64,000 nt of DNA. It comes from an uncultured bacterium (GTDB taxonomy: Bacteria > Chloroflexota > UBA5177 > JANWHV01). The notes below the pieces were generated by a model. It was given only the letters and a program-made list of their open reading frames with translations. It was not told the DNA's origin and did no database searches. The position numbers and the translations under genes are program-made. Of the stretch, positions 22,596 to 32,239 are shown piece by piece (within the stretch, counting starts at the first letter, position 1; every line of letters starts with the position of its first letter). Where the stretch lies: the NCBI GenBank assembly GCA_963729625.1, contig CAVSOU010000014.1, forward strand, positions 129,350-193,349, read 5' to 3'.

Positions 22596-23888
22596 ATGAA
22601 GATTTGCGTCATAGGAGCCGGCAGTACGTACACGCCCGAGTTGGTCGAGGGACTGCTGTTGCGGCGAGGCGTCATTCCCACGACCGAGCTCGCGCTCATG
22701 GATATCGATGACACGAAGCTCAAGATCGTGGGAGGACTGGCAACCCGCATGCTCGAGCGGGAAGGTAACCCGTTCAAGGTTACCCTCACCACCGACCGGC
22801 TCACGGCTATTCGAGGGGCAAGCTTCGTACTGACGCAGATTCGGGTCGGCTGCCTGCAGGCACGCGAGAAAGATGAGCTGATTCCTCGCGGCTTGGGCTA
22901 TGTGGGTCAGGAAACGACTGGAGCCGGCGGCTTCTTCAAGGCGCTTCGCACTATTCCCGTGATCCTCTCAATCGCTCGCGAGATGGAGGAACATGCCCCG
23001 GGGGCATTCCTGATTAACTTCACGAATCCGGCTGGGATCGTCACCGAGGCTGTGCTCGCGCATACCAATGTGCCGGTCATAGGACTGTGCAACGGCCCCT
23101 TCGGTACAGTCAAACGCATCTCGGAAGTGCTCGGCGTTCCGGAGAGCGAGCTCAGCATGCGGTACTTTGGGCTGAATCACCTGAGCTTCGCCGCCGACAT
23201 CTGTCACCTTGGAACGAGCGTCCAGGCTGCGGTCGTGGAGGCCTTCGCCACCGGTGCGGACGACGCCGACGCGGCCATTCTGCGCGGTCTCGGCCTCATT
23301 CCCTCGGCGTACTTGCAGTATTTCTACCAGAAGCCAGAGAAGGTCGCGGAGCAGCAGGCAGAAAGCAAGAGTCGGGCTCAGCAGGTTATGGACATCGAGC
23401 GACAACTGCTAACTCTGTACCAGGATCCGGGTTTGGCGGAGAAGCCCAAGGTGTTGGAGCTGCGCGGCGGCGCGTGGTACAGCACCGTTGCCACAAAGCT
23501 CATTGAGTCGGTCGTTTCGAATCGAGGCGACGTGCACATCGTGAACACGCGCAATTGCGGCGCCATCGCCGACCTACCGTTTGACTGCGCGGTGGAAGTT
23601 GCAGCCTCGGTCGATCGGCGCGGGCCTACGGCGCTGGTTCAGGGAGCGTTGCCGCTCAAGGTGCGAGGGTTAGTCCAGCAAGTCAAGGCGTATGAACAGT
23701 TGGCCGTTCAAGCCGCCGTCACTGGCGACCGCGAGACGGCAATCTGGGCGCTCACCAATAATCCGCTAGTGGGTTCATATACAGCCGCGACGCTCCTGGT
23801 GGATGCACTACTGCAGGCGCATCGAGAATACCTGCCGGCCTTCTTTAGCCATGCCCAAAGTGCCGACATGGAGCCACCGTGGAAGTAA
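22596..23888 (+). CDS. GH4 6-phospho-beta-glucosidase
   Basis: IGAGSTYTPEL, GQETTGAGG, NFTNPAG, GLCN, GLNHL, RGGAWYS. Confidence 0.92.
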   Translation: MKICVIGAGSTYTPELVEGLLLRRGVIPTTELALMDIDDTKLKIVGGLATRMLEREGNPFKVTLTTDRLTAIRGASFVLTQIRVGCLQAREKDELIPRGLGYVGQETTGAGGFFKALRTIPVILSIAREMEEHAPGAFLINFTNPAGIVTEAVLAHTNVPVIGLCNGPFGTVKRISEVLGVPESELSMRYFGLNHLSFAADICHLGTSVQAAVVEAFATGADDADAAILRGLGLIPSAYLQYFYQKPEKVAEQQAESKSRAQQVMDIERQLLTLYQDPGLAEKPKVLELRGGAWYSTVATKLIESVVSNRGDVHIVNTRNCGAIADLPFDCAVEVAASVDRRGPTALVQGALPLKVRGLVQQVKAYEQLAVQAAVTGDRETAIWALTNNPLVGSYTAATLLVDALLQAHREYLPAFFSHAQSADMEPPWK

Positions 23889-24688
23889 TCATCATTCCCG
23901 ACAGATTCAAGGCCGCACTTCTGACTGCCCGCATCATCGCGAAGGAGCTTGCAGCGAATCCACAGCTCGTGCTTGGCCTTGCCACGGGACGCACCATGGA
24001 AAGGGTATACCAAAACCTGGTTGACATCCATCGGCTCGAGGGCTTGAATTTCTCGCAGTGCCGTACGTTCAATCTCGACGAATACGTTGGGATTCCGGCA
24101 GAGCACAGTGGCTCGTATCGCCACTACATGAACGAACACCTTTTCAGCAGGGTGAACATTGATCTTGCGAACACTCATCTTCCGAACGGAATGGCAGCGG
24201 ACCTCAAAGAGGAATGCCGTCACTACGAGGCGCTGATGGCAGAGGCAGGCGGTATAGACCTGCAGCTTCTGGGGATGGGACGCGATGGCCACATCGGATT
24301 CAACGAGCCACTGTCTGCCCTCCGGTCGCGCACGAGGGAGAAGGCGCTCACACCGATCACATTGCGACAGAACGCTGCGATGTTCGGGGGACAGGTCAAC
24401 GTGCCTCGCCGAGCCATCACGATGGGCGTCGGCACCATTTTGGATTCTCGACGCTGCATCCTCCTTGTGACTGGCGATTCCAAGGCAGGGATAGTGGCCA
24501 AGGCGCTGGAAGGTCCGATTTCTTCGATGGTTTCCGCATCGGCGCTGCAGTTGCATCCCAATTGCCAGATTGTGGTCGACGAGGAAGCAGCGTTGGAGCT
24601 GCAGGGTCGCGACTACTACCACTGGGTCTTTGCCAACGAGCCGGAGTGGGTTGAATTCCAGAACCTGGAAGCTCTTGAGCCACACTAA
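23879..24688 (+). CDS. nagB: Glucosamine-6-phosphate deaminase
   Basis: LGLATGRT, FNLDEY, LGMGRDGHIGFNEP, ASALQLH. Confidence 0.93.
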   Translation: MEVIIIPDRFKAALLTARIIAKELAANPQLVLGLATGRTMERVYQNLVDIHRLEGLNFSQCRTFNLDEYVGIPAEHSGSYRHYMNEHLFSRVNIDLANTHLPNGMAADLKEECRHYEALMAEAGGIDLQLLGMGRDGHIGFNEPLSALRSRTREKALTPITLRQNAAMFGGQVNVPRRAITMGVGTILDSRRCILLVTGDSKAGIVAKALEGPISSMVSASALQLHPNCQIVVDEEAALELQGRDYYHWVFANEPEWVEFQNLEALEPH

Positions 24689-24758
24689 GCCCCTACGCGC
24701 CGTTAGCTTCACGTAGTTCCAGATTGCACCGGGCAGAACGCTTTGAGGAGGACAGCAG

Positions 24759-25874
24759 GTGAAGATTCCTTTCTACGGACACACGCGCCAGTATCACAAC
24801 ATCAAGGGCGAGATCGACGCGAATCTCGCCAAAGTGCTGGAAAGCGGCCAATATGTCATGGGCCCGATGCTCAAACAATTCGAAGGTGAGTTCGCCGCTT
24901 ACACCGGCAAGAAATACGCGATAGGCGTCGGCAACGGCACTGATGCCCTCTGGCTGACGATGACGGCTCTAGGTGTGTCGCCGGGTGACGAGGTGATCAC
25001 AAACGCGAACACCTTCTTCGCTACCGCGGAGGCGATCTGGATTGCTGGCGCGACGGTGGTGCTGGTCGACTGCGACGACGGCACGCGCTGTATTGACCCG
25101 GCTAGAGTGGCCGCCGCGATCACCCCAAGGACCAAGGGCATCATTCCCGTTCACCTGTATGGCCAGTGCGCGCCGATGCGAGCGATCAAGGAGATCGCCG
25201 ATAAGCACGGACTCTGGATCATCGAGGATAACGCCCAGGCGATCGATGCTCGCGGTGACGACTTCACTATCGGCGAACTGTCGGCCGCTGTGTGCACGAG
25301 CTTCATCATTCAGAAGAACCTGGGCACGTTCGGGGACGGCGGGGCGATTTATACGGATGATGCCGTGATTGACCAGAAGGTGCGCATCCTGCGCAACCAC
25401 GGATCCGCTCAGCGCGATCACCACAGTCCCGGGTTCAACAGCCGGCTTGACGACCTGCACGCGGGTATCCTGAGTGCGAAACTCAAGCATATTCGCGAGT
25501 GGACCGACGTGCGTCGCGCCTGGGCCGCGCGCTATGACGCAGGTTTGAAGGATGTCGTCTTCTTGGATCTTCCATACGAGCGGCCGGGCTATCGGCACGC
25601 GTATCACCTGTATGAAATCGAGACCAAGAATCCCTCAGACCGCGACCCGCTGCTCGCGTACCTCAATGCCAAAGGCGTTGACGCCAAGACTCACTATTCG
25701 ATTGCCATTCATAGGCAGGAGGGCTATCCGTGGGGAAAGGATTCTGCGATCCGTGGCTCTCTGCTAAACGCCGAGAAGAACGCGGCGTCGTGCATCTCGC
25801 TGCCGATGTATCCCGAATTGACGTCCGACGAAGTCGACTACGTGGTTTCAACAGTCAGGTCATGGAATTCTTGA
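24759..25874 (+). CDS. DegT/DnrJ/EryC1/StrS PLP-dependent sugar aminotransferase
   Basis: GNGTDAL, PVHLYGQ, IEDNAQA, SFIIQKNLG.FGDGG (PLP Lys), GFNSRLD. Confidence 0.92.
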   Translation: MKIPFYGHTRQYHNIKGEIDANLAKVLESGQYVMGPMLKQFEGEFAAYTGKKYAIGVGNGTDALWLTMTALGVSPGDEVITNANTFFATAEAIWIAGATVVLVDCDDGTRCIDPARVAAAITPRTKGIIPVHLYGQCAPMRAIKEIADKHGLWIIEDNAQAIDARGDDFTIGELSAAVCTSFIIQKNLGTFGDGGAIYTDDAVIDQKVRILRNHGSAQRDHHSPGFNSRLDDLHAGILSAKLKHIREWTDVRRAWAARYDAGLKDVVFLDLPYERPGYRHAYHLYEIETKNPSDRDPLLAYLNAKGVDAKTHYSIAIHRQEGYPWGKDSAIRGSLLNAEKNAASCISLPMYPELTSDEVDYVVSTVRSWNS

Positions 25875-25902
25875 TGCTGTGCGTTCAGGCCCGGAGCGAG
25901 GA

Positions 25903-26967
25903 ATGAGCAAGTACAGGGTCCTCGTGGTAGGCATGGGGAAGCGCGGAAAGCACCATGCTACCCATTTCCACGCCAATCCGCGTTTCGAGGTGGTTGGGAT
26001 TTGCGACATTGACCCGACCAAGCTGCACGATATCGCCGCGAGCCTGGGCGATCCCGAAACCGGCTCCGATGCTGCCGAGATGGCGGCAGCGCTCGAGCCG
26101 GACGTCTTCTGTTTCTGCACGCTGCCGAGCATCCGATCCGAGATGGTCCAGGTCGGCGTCGAGTGCGGTGCAAAGCTCATCGCGTTCGAGAAGCCGGTGG
26201 CCCTCACGTCTCGGGAAGGACAGAGGGTGAAGGCCATGCTCGCAAAGAGCCCCGCTAAGGTCGTGGTGAGCCATCAGCACCGCTACGGAAAGCACTATCA
26301 GGCGGTGAAGGACACAATCGCGAGCGGCAGGATCGGCAAAGTGCAAACAGTCTACGGCATTTCCCAGGGATGGGCGGCGCACATGCTGTCGCACCTTATC
26401 GACTACTCGATGTGGTACAACGACTATTCCAAGCCAGAGTGGGTACTGGCCCAAGCTGCCGGCACGCACAAGTTCTCCGACGTCCACGCCTCACCTGACT
26501 ACATCGCCGGCTTCGTGCAATTCGCTAACGGTGTCCGGGGCGTCTATGAGTGCGGAGGAGGCGCGCCGGATGTGGCTGAGGTGCAGCGGTGGTGGGGTAA
26601 GTGCAAGATTGGCGCGACCGGTACAGAGGGTTACGCGGAAGTCTATACGGGAAACGGCTGGAAGGCCGTCACCAAGGACGGGCTCTTGCGTGGCGACGGT
26701 GCCATGGCATATGACCTGGACATGCCCGGCTACATTCAGGACATGGCCGCGTGGCTCGACGAGGGCATCGTGCACCCTTGTTGCTTCGAGCACGCCTATG
26801 CCGGCTTCGACGTCATGATGGCCATGTTCAGAAGTGCTGCGCGGGGTGGTCAGATACTCCTACCGCTTGCGAATCCAGCCGATGAGCTGGAGGAGCTGAA
26901 GCACGCTCTGCCTGACTCTCCGGTGCTGGTCACGCTCGAAGAGTCCCGGAAAGAATTCGACGTCTAG
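25903..26967 (+). CDS. Gfo/Idh/MocA NAD(P)-dependent oxidoreductase
   Basis: VVGMGKRG, FEKP, HQHRY, HLID. Confidence 0.88.
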   Translation: MSKYRVLVVGMGKRGKHHATHFHANPRFEVVGICDIDPTKLHDIAASLGDPETGSDAAEMAAALEPDVFCFCTLPSIRSEMVQVGVECGAKLIAFEKPVALTSREGQRVKAMLAKSPAKVVVSHQHRYGKHYQAVKDTIASGRIGKVQTVYGISQGWAAHMLSHLIDYSMWYNDYSKPEWVLAQAAGTHKFSDVHASPDYIAGFVQFANGVRGVYECGGGAPDVAEVQRWWGKCKIGATGTEGYAEVYTGNGWKAVTKDGLLRGDGAMAYDLDMPGYIQDMAAWLDEGIVHPCCFEHAYAGFDVMMAMFRSAARGGQILLPLANPADELEELKHALPDSPVLVTLEESRKEFDV

Positions 26968-27072
26968 CGAAGAGGGCCGAAACCTGCCTGAGTAGGGCCG
27001 CTGAGTGGCGGTAAGCGGCAGCCCCCGGATGTCGTCTGTCGTGACTCGCTAGGCGCGACTGGCTGACTGGGC

Positions 27073-28926
27073 CTACACTGCGGCAGTTGCCAGTATCTCG
27101 GCCATGGGAGGGCGCTCTGAGTCCTCGATGCGCCGTACTTCTAGATGGAATTGATCGCGCGTATGGACGATCGATTTCATTGACCGGTTGAGCTCCGAAA
27201 TGAGCTCTATCCGATGCTGGCGCTCGACCCGGCCGATGACCGTTTGCAAGATCGTAAAGGACATTCGGCTGAGCGCGGACAGCGGTTGGTTGCGATGCAC
27301 GCGCTGCTCGAGATCGACTTGTGCGATGGAGTTCAGGCCGAAGCGGTCCACGACGTCGATCAGCAGGCCGATTTCGACGCCATAACCAGTGGCAAACGGC
27401 AGCTGCAGCAGCAATTCTCTGCGGCCCGCGTACTCGCCTGAGAGCGGCTGAATCACGCCAGACAAGAGAGGATAGAACATGTTGATTAGCGGCCGGGCCG
27501 TCAGCTCCGTCACCCGGCCGCCGGTTGACTCTTGAAGGATATCGCCCTGCCGCAGCGGGCGCCTGTAGAAGCCCTTGACATAGCCAATCCTCGGCTCCCG
27601 CAATAGGGGGCCCAGCAAGCCGTATACGAACTTGGGATGGATGTTGGCGATGTCTGTGTCGATCCACGCGATGATGTTGCCCTTGGCCAGGCTGAGGCTC
27701 TTCCAGAGGGCCTCGCCTTTGCCCGTGTGTGCGCCGCACTGTGGAAGTACATCCTGGTGCACGTAGACCGGCACGCCGAGGGAGCGCGCAATCGACACGG
27801 TGCGGTCCTCGGATCTGCTGTCGATCACCAGCAGGTCGTCGATGAGCGGCTGCCTGCGCTGAAGGTTCTCCTGCATGCACGCAATAATCGCGCCGATTGT
27901 TTGCTCTTCGTTGAGGGTGGGAAGAACCAGGCTAATCGTAAGGCCCTGTTGTTCCTTCAACCTGACCAGGTCGGACAGCGATGCGAATTCCTTGCTATGG
28001 AACGTGTTCTCGGCAAACCACTTGTCGACAACTGGCGAGACGCCCTCAGCCACACCGGCCTGTTGCGCTCCGTCCCCAGCCGCAGTGGTGGTCCCATATT
28101 CGCCTATGGAGATCTGGCGTTCGGTCTTGGTAATGAAGACTGGGCACTCAACGCCCCGAGCCACCTCCTCCGCCAGGTGGCCGTAGGGATAAGGGAACGA
28201 CCGGCTGGTCGCCGCCGCGCCCATCACGATCAGGTCGTGGCGCGCGGCCTCCTCGATCAGGCAGTCCACGAGATGCGGAGCGACGACGGACCGCGCGAGA
28301 GCGATTCCGGGATATAGCCCCTCCCAGTATTCGCGGAAGGCCCTGTCTTCAGCCTGAGCCTCGGCATCTGGGACGTAGGACGGGATTACCCGCAGGATGG
28401 TAACTGTTGCGTCCCACGCCTTTGCCAGGCTGATGCCGAGCTCGGCCGCGAGGTTCGCGTGCGTCCCGCCACGCAGTGGCAGGAGGACTCGCCGTGGTCG
28501 AATTCGCGGGTCAAAGGGCTTTACCGACAGCATGTCGCACGGAGGCTGCTGTGTCAGCCGCCACATCGCCGTGTCCGCGATATTCCCAAATCGTGGCGAA
28601 GGCGCCCAACCGACGACGAGCAGGCTCGCGTCAGTCTCGAACACGACGTCCACCAGTGCCTCGTCGATTGAATGTCCTGCTCGGACAATTGGCTCTGCCG
28701 GCAGGCCTTCCTCGCCGGCGATCCGAGTGGCCCTGCGCAGCAGTCGCCGTTGCGCACGCGCCTCTTTTGCGCCGTGGCTCAGAGACTGCCCTGGAGCCAC
28801 CACAACGACGCTCACAACCACCAAGCGCGCGGATCTCGCGCGCGCCAGCTCTACCCCAATCCGTACCAAATGCTCGGCTGTACGGGGGTTCGCGAGGCCC
28901 ACCAGCACGGTCCTTGCGTCAGTCAC
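27073..28926 (-). CDS. gpgS: Glucosyl-3-phosphoglycerate synthase fused to two N-terminal universal-stress (USP) domains
   Basis: USP-like segments (VLVGLANP, VLLPLRGG, DLIVMGA) followed by PTLNEE, GKGEALW, DTD, GGRVTEL.ARP, QPLSGEYA, GYGVEIG, HRNQ. Confidence 0.88.
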   Translation of the reverse strand: MTDARTVLVGLANPRTAEHLVRIGVELARARSARLVVVSVVVVAPGQSLSHGAKEARAQRRLLRRATRIAGEEGLPAEPIVRAGHSIDEALVDVVFETDASLLVVGWAPSPRFGNIADTAMWRLTQQPPCDMLSVKPFDPRIRPRRVLLPLRGGTHANLAAELGISLAKAWDATVTILRVIPSYVPDAEAQAEDRAFREYWEGLYPGIALARSVVAPHLVDCLIEEAARHDLIVMGAAATSRSFPYPYGHLAEEVARGVECPVFITKTERQISIGEYGTTTAAGDGAQQAGVAEGVSPVVDKWFAENTFHSKEFASLSDLVRLKEQQGLTISLVLPTLNEEQTIGAIIACMQENLQRRQPLIDDLLVIDSRSEDRTVSIARSLGVPVYVHQDVLPQCGAHTGKGEALWKSLSLAKGNIIAWIDTDIANIHPKFVYGLLGPLLREPRIGYVKGFYRRPLRQGDILQESTGGRVTELTARPLINMFYPLLSGVIQPLSGEYAGRRELLLQLPFATGYGVEIGLLIDVVDRFGLNSIAQVDLEQRVHRNQPLSALSRMSFTILQTVIGRVERQHRIELISELNRSMKSIVHTRDQFHLEVRRIEDSERPPMAEILATAAV

Positions 28927-29149
28927 GTGACCTCGAATCTTCTGCCGGAATGTGCGAATCTCTTGCTCGGCTCGGCAGAGCTAAGAGGGTGAGCAATTCG
29001 CAACACTCTCCGAGGAACAACCTACCGTTACAACGCCAGCGCCAGACAGTGATTTGGCGCCCTCATGCATCTACCGTACGGGATAGGCTCACACCAGTCC
29101 AGGCGCAGGTCCTCGTGCCATAGATCGCTTCACCATTGAGCCGTGCGAA

Positions 29150-29158
29150 TGCTAGAAT
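29150..29158 (+). promoter_or_regulatory. Extended -10 promoter (TGCTAGAAT) of the yebC-ruvC-ruvA operon
   Basis: TGnTAGAAT about 30 nt upstream of the ATG at 29189. Confidence 0.6.
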
Positions 29159-29188
29159 AGCCGTGCTACACCTGTGGAGGGGTGGATT

Positions 29189-29938
29189 ATGTCTGGACAT
29201 TCGAAATGGTCGCAGATCAAGCGGCAAAAGGGCAGCAACGACGCCAAGCGCGGCCAACTGTTTACGCAGCTTGGACGCGAGATTCAGATAGCGGCACGCG
29301 AGGGTGGTGGAGATCCGGATGCTAATTTCCGGCTGCGCCTGGCGATGCAGCGCGCGCGAGAAAGCAATATGCCCCTGGAGAATGTCGAACGAGCGATCAA
29401 GCGGGGAACAGGCGGTGGAGAGTCCGGCAACCTTGACGAGATCACCTACGAGGGATACGGTCCAGGCGGCGCGGCAGTCCTTGTCCAGGTCATGACCGAC
29501 AATCGCAACAGGACCGTCGGCGAAGTCCGCAATGCTCTGAGCAAGGGCGGCGGGAGCCTCGGCGAGACAGGGTCTGTTGCCTGGCAATTCCAGGATCGTG
29601 GCATTATCTCGGTAACCATACATGCCAGCAACGCGGAAGAACTCGAGCTGGCGGCCATCGATGCGGGCGCGATCGACGTGACGGTTGACGGCGATACGCT
29701 CGAAGTGATTACTGAGCCGGAGACACTCGAAGCGGTTCGCCATGCCTTGGAAGCTCAGAAGGCAGACATCGTCAATGCCGAGCGCAGTTTGGTGCCGAGC
29801 ACGACTATCCCTCTCGACAGCAAGCATGCTGCGCAAATGCTCAGGCTCGTCGACCGTCTTGAGGAGCTGGATGACGTGCAGAAGGTCTATAGCAACGTCG
29901 AGATATCGGATGAGGATCTGGAGGCCTACGAAGGCTGA
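29189..29938 (+). CDS. yebC: YebC/PmpR family protein
   Basis: MSGHSKWSQIKRQKG, YEGYGPGG, TDNRNRT, DDVQKVYSN. Confidence 0.96.
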   Translation: MSGHSKWSQIKRQKGSNDAKRGQLFTQLGREIQIAAREGGGDPDANFRLRLAMQRARESNMPLENVERAIKRGTGGGESGNLDEITYEGYGPGGAAVLVQVMTDNRNRTVGEVRNALSKGGGSLGETGSVAWQFQDRGIISVTIHASNAEELELAAIDAGAIDVTVDGDTLEVITEPETLEAVRHALEAQKADIVNAERSLVPSTTIPLDSKHAAQMLRLVDRLEELDDVQKVYSNVEISDEDLEAYEG

Positions 29939-29974
29939 CCGCCGATTGTGCCACCGTTAGAGGCGCCGCAGGTG

Positions 29975-30484
29975 ATGAGAACGCTGGGGGTCGATCCGGG
30001 TACGGCCAGAATGGGTTTCGGGGTCGTCGAGTCGACAGGGGGAGGCAACACGATGCGCGCTGTGGAGTATGGTGTGCTAGCAACCACCAGCGCCGATTCG
30101 CTCCCCGTGCGACTGCGGTTTCTGTACGCCGGGATTCGCGACCTCATAGCTGCACATGGGCCATCTGCCGTGGCGATTGAATCGTTGTTCTTCAATCTCA
30201 ACGTGCGAACGGCACTGGCCGTCGGACACGCGCGCGGCGTTGCACTGCTCGCCGCTGCAGAGGCCGGGGTCGAGGTCTTCGAGTACTCCCCCCAGCAGGT
30301 AAAGGGGGCAGTCGTGGGTTATGGTAAGGCGTCGAAAGAACAGGTTCAGCTCATGATCGCGGCGCTTCTCGGGCTCGAGGCGACGCCGCATCCGGACGAT
30401 GCCGCTGATGCCCTGGCTATCGCGATTTGCCACGTGCACAGCGCTCGAATGGCGGCATACGCGCCTCGGCCTGGCATGCGATGA
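29975..30484 (+). CDS. ruvC: Holliday junction resolvase RuvC
   Basis: LGVDPG, IESLFF, GHARG, PDDAADALAIAICH. Confidence 0.95.
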   Translation: MRTLGVDPGTARMGFGVVESTGGGNTMRAVEYGVLATTSADSLPVRLRFLYAGIRDLIAAHGPSAVAIESLFFNLNVRTALAVGHARGVALLAAAEAGVEVFEYSPQQVKGAVVGYGKASKEQVQLMIAALLGLEATPHPDDAADALAIAICHVHSARMAAYAPRPGMR

Positions 30485-31065
30485 TCGAGTCGCTTCGCGG
30501 TCTCGTGGAGGCGTGCAGCGCCGACTCCGCAGTACTTCGCCTCGGTGCAATCAGCGTTCGGCTCGGCATCACCGCGGAAACGGCGCGGCAGCTCAAGCCG
30601 GGCGGCCAGACGGAGCTCTTCACGTACTTGTATATGCGCGAAGATGTGTTGGCGATTTATGGTTTCGCAACTAATGAGGAGCGCAGCCTGTTCGAGGAAC
30701 TCCTGGGTGTAACCGGCGTGGGGCCACGGGTAGCCCTGGGTTTCCTCTCGGCATTCACACCGTCGGCGCTGCGTGAGGCAATCGATGGCGAGGACGTCGC
30801 CCGGCTGATCCGCGTCCCAGGCGTCGGCAAGAAGACCGCGCAGCGTGTCGTGCTCGAGCTCAGGGGCAAGTTGGTGGTTGCTGCCCCCATAGGCCCGGCC
30901 GGCCAGTTATCGCCCCGGGACCAGGAGCTGGTGCAGGTGCTGGTTGGGCTGGGCTACACGTCTGCGGAGTCAGGCGAGGCGGTCCGCCATAGCAAAGAGG
31001 TTGCCGCGGAGGGTAACGATGAAGATAGACTCCGAGCTGCCCTTGGTTTCTTCGCGGCGCGTTGA
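30481..31065 (+). CDS. ruvA: Holliday junction branch migration protein RuvA
   Basis: MRED..AIYGF, GVGPRVAL, PGVGKKTAQR, LVGLGY. Confidence 0.95.
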   Translation: MIESLRGLVEACSADSAVLRLGAISVRLGITAETARQLKPGGQTELFTYLYMREDVLAIYGFATNEERSLFEELLGVTGVGPRVALGFLSAFTPSALREAIDGEDVARLIRVPGVGKKTAQRVVLELRGKLVVAAPIGPAGQLSPRDQELVQVLVGLGYTSAESGEAVRHSKEVAAEGNDEDRLRAALGFFAAR

Positions 31066-31084
31066 CCGCTCGAGCGACGTGTAG

Positions 31085-32239
31085 ATGTCCGTCGAGCACT
31101 CGCAGGCGCCGCGCGTGGCGGGCGCCACGGATCAGATTGAGTGGCCGGAACCCCCAATTTCGCCCGCCCAACCACCGCATCCTGCTCCATTCGATACGAA
31201 GGCGCGAATTGGTGTTCTGGTTGTCGTCGGCGTGCTTGGGTTCATGTTTCTGCTTCGCGTGTCCAGCATCTTGGCGCCGTTTCTGTGGGCCATCGTTATG
31301 GCCTACATTCTCAATCCACTAGCCGGCATGTTGAACAAGCGGGCAAAGATGCCGAGGCCTCTGGCCGTTGTGGCTATCTACCTTGTCGGCATCGGGGCAA
31401 TTGCAGGCTTACTGTACCTCGCGATTCCCCGCCTCAGCGCTCAGGTGACGCAGCTCACCAGTGAGCTTCCATCTATCACCGCCGACCTCCAGGCACGGTA
31501 TTTTGGATCGACCGGTACTCCGTTGACCATCGCCGGTTTCTCTATCGACGTCCCTCAGGTCACCAGGCAAGTTGCGGACAGCTTGAACTCGTTCTTGAAC
31601 AACTTCTTTGGCAGTGCGATCTCAGCCGTGGTGAGCACTGTGGAACGAATCACGCAGCTTCTCCTGTTCATTATCGTGAGCTTCTACTTGCTTCTCGACG
31701 CCGAAAAGATCCGCGAGCGCATGACTGAAATCGTTCCCCATGTCTACCGCACCGAAGTCATCGACGTCGCGTCGCGCATGAATCATGTGCTGCGCCAATA
31801 CATGCAGGCTCAGCTCGTCCTCATCGGCATTATGGGCGCAGCCAGCTTCATCGTGTTGACGATCATGAACGTGCGGTTCGCCATTGTGCTGGCGCCAATT
31901 GTGGGTATGCTCGAGATCTTCCCAATCATCGGGCCGTTCGCAGCAATAACGATGGTCACCGTCATGGCCCTGTTCTCTCCACCGCCCTTCGGTTTCTCAA
32001 CCACGGCGTCCGCGATTGTCGTCGCACTGGTATTCTTCATCCTGCGCCAGATCGAGGACTACGCCGTCATACCGAATATTGTCGGTCACGCGGTCAAGCT
32101 GCATCCGGCGTTGATACTTTTTGCCGTGGCGTCAGGTACGGTCCTTGGCGGGCCGCTTGGCCTCTTCCTCGCAGTGCCGGTGACCGGGGCGCTGAGGGTG
32201 CTGGTTGCTCACCTCTATCAGAAACTGATTCCCGGATGA
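31085..32239 (+). CDS. AI-2E family transporter
   Basis: AYILNP, FPIIGP, QIEDY..P.IVG..V.LHP, GLFLAVP. Confidence 0.9.
   Translation: MSVEHSQAPRVAGATDQIEWPEPPISPAQPPHPAPFDTKARIGVLVVVGVLGFMFLLRVSSILAPFLWAIVMAYILNPLAGMLNKRAKMPRPLAVVAIYLVGIGAIAGLLYLAIPRLSAQVTQLTSELPSITADLQARYFGSTGTPLTIAGFSIDVPQVTRQVADSLNSFLNNFFGSAISAVVSTVERITQLLLFIIVSFYLLLDAEKIRERMTEIVPHVYRTEVIDVASRMNHVLRQYMQAQLVLIGIMGAASFIVLTIMNVRFAIVLAPIVGMLEIFPIIGPFAAITMVTVMALFSPPPFGFSTTASAIVVALVFFILRQIEDYAVIPNIVGHAVKLHPALILFAVASGTVLGGPLGLFLAVPVTGALRVLVAHLYQKLIPG

Noticed and set aside
26968-27072. Hammerhead-like GAAAC/CTGA motifs after the oxidoreductase
   Set aside because: The CTGANGA core and the NUH cleavage triplet are not in the required arrangement.
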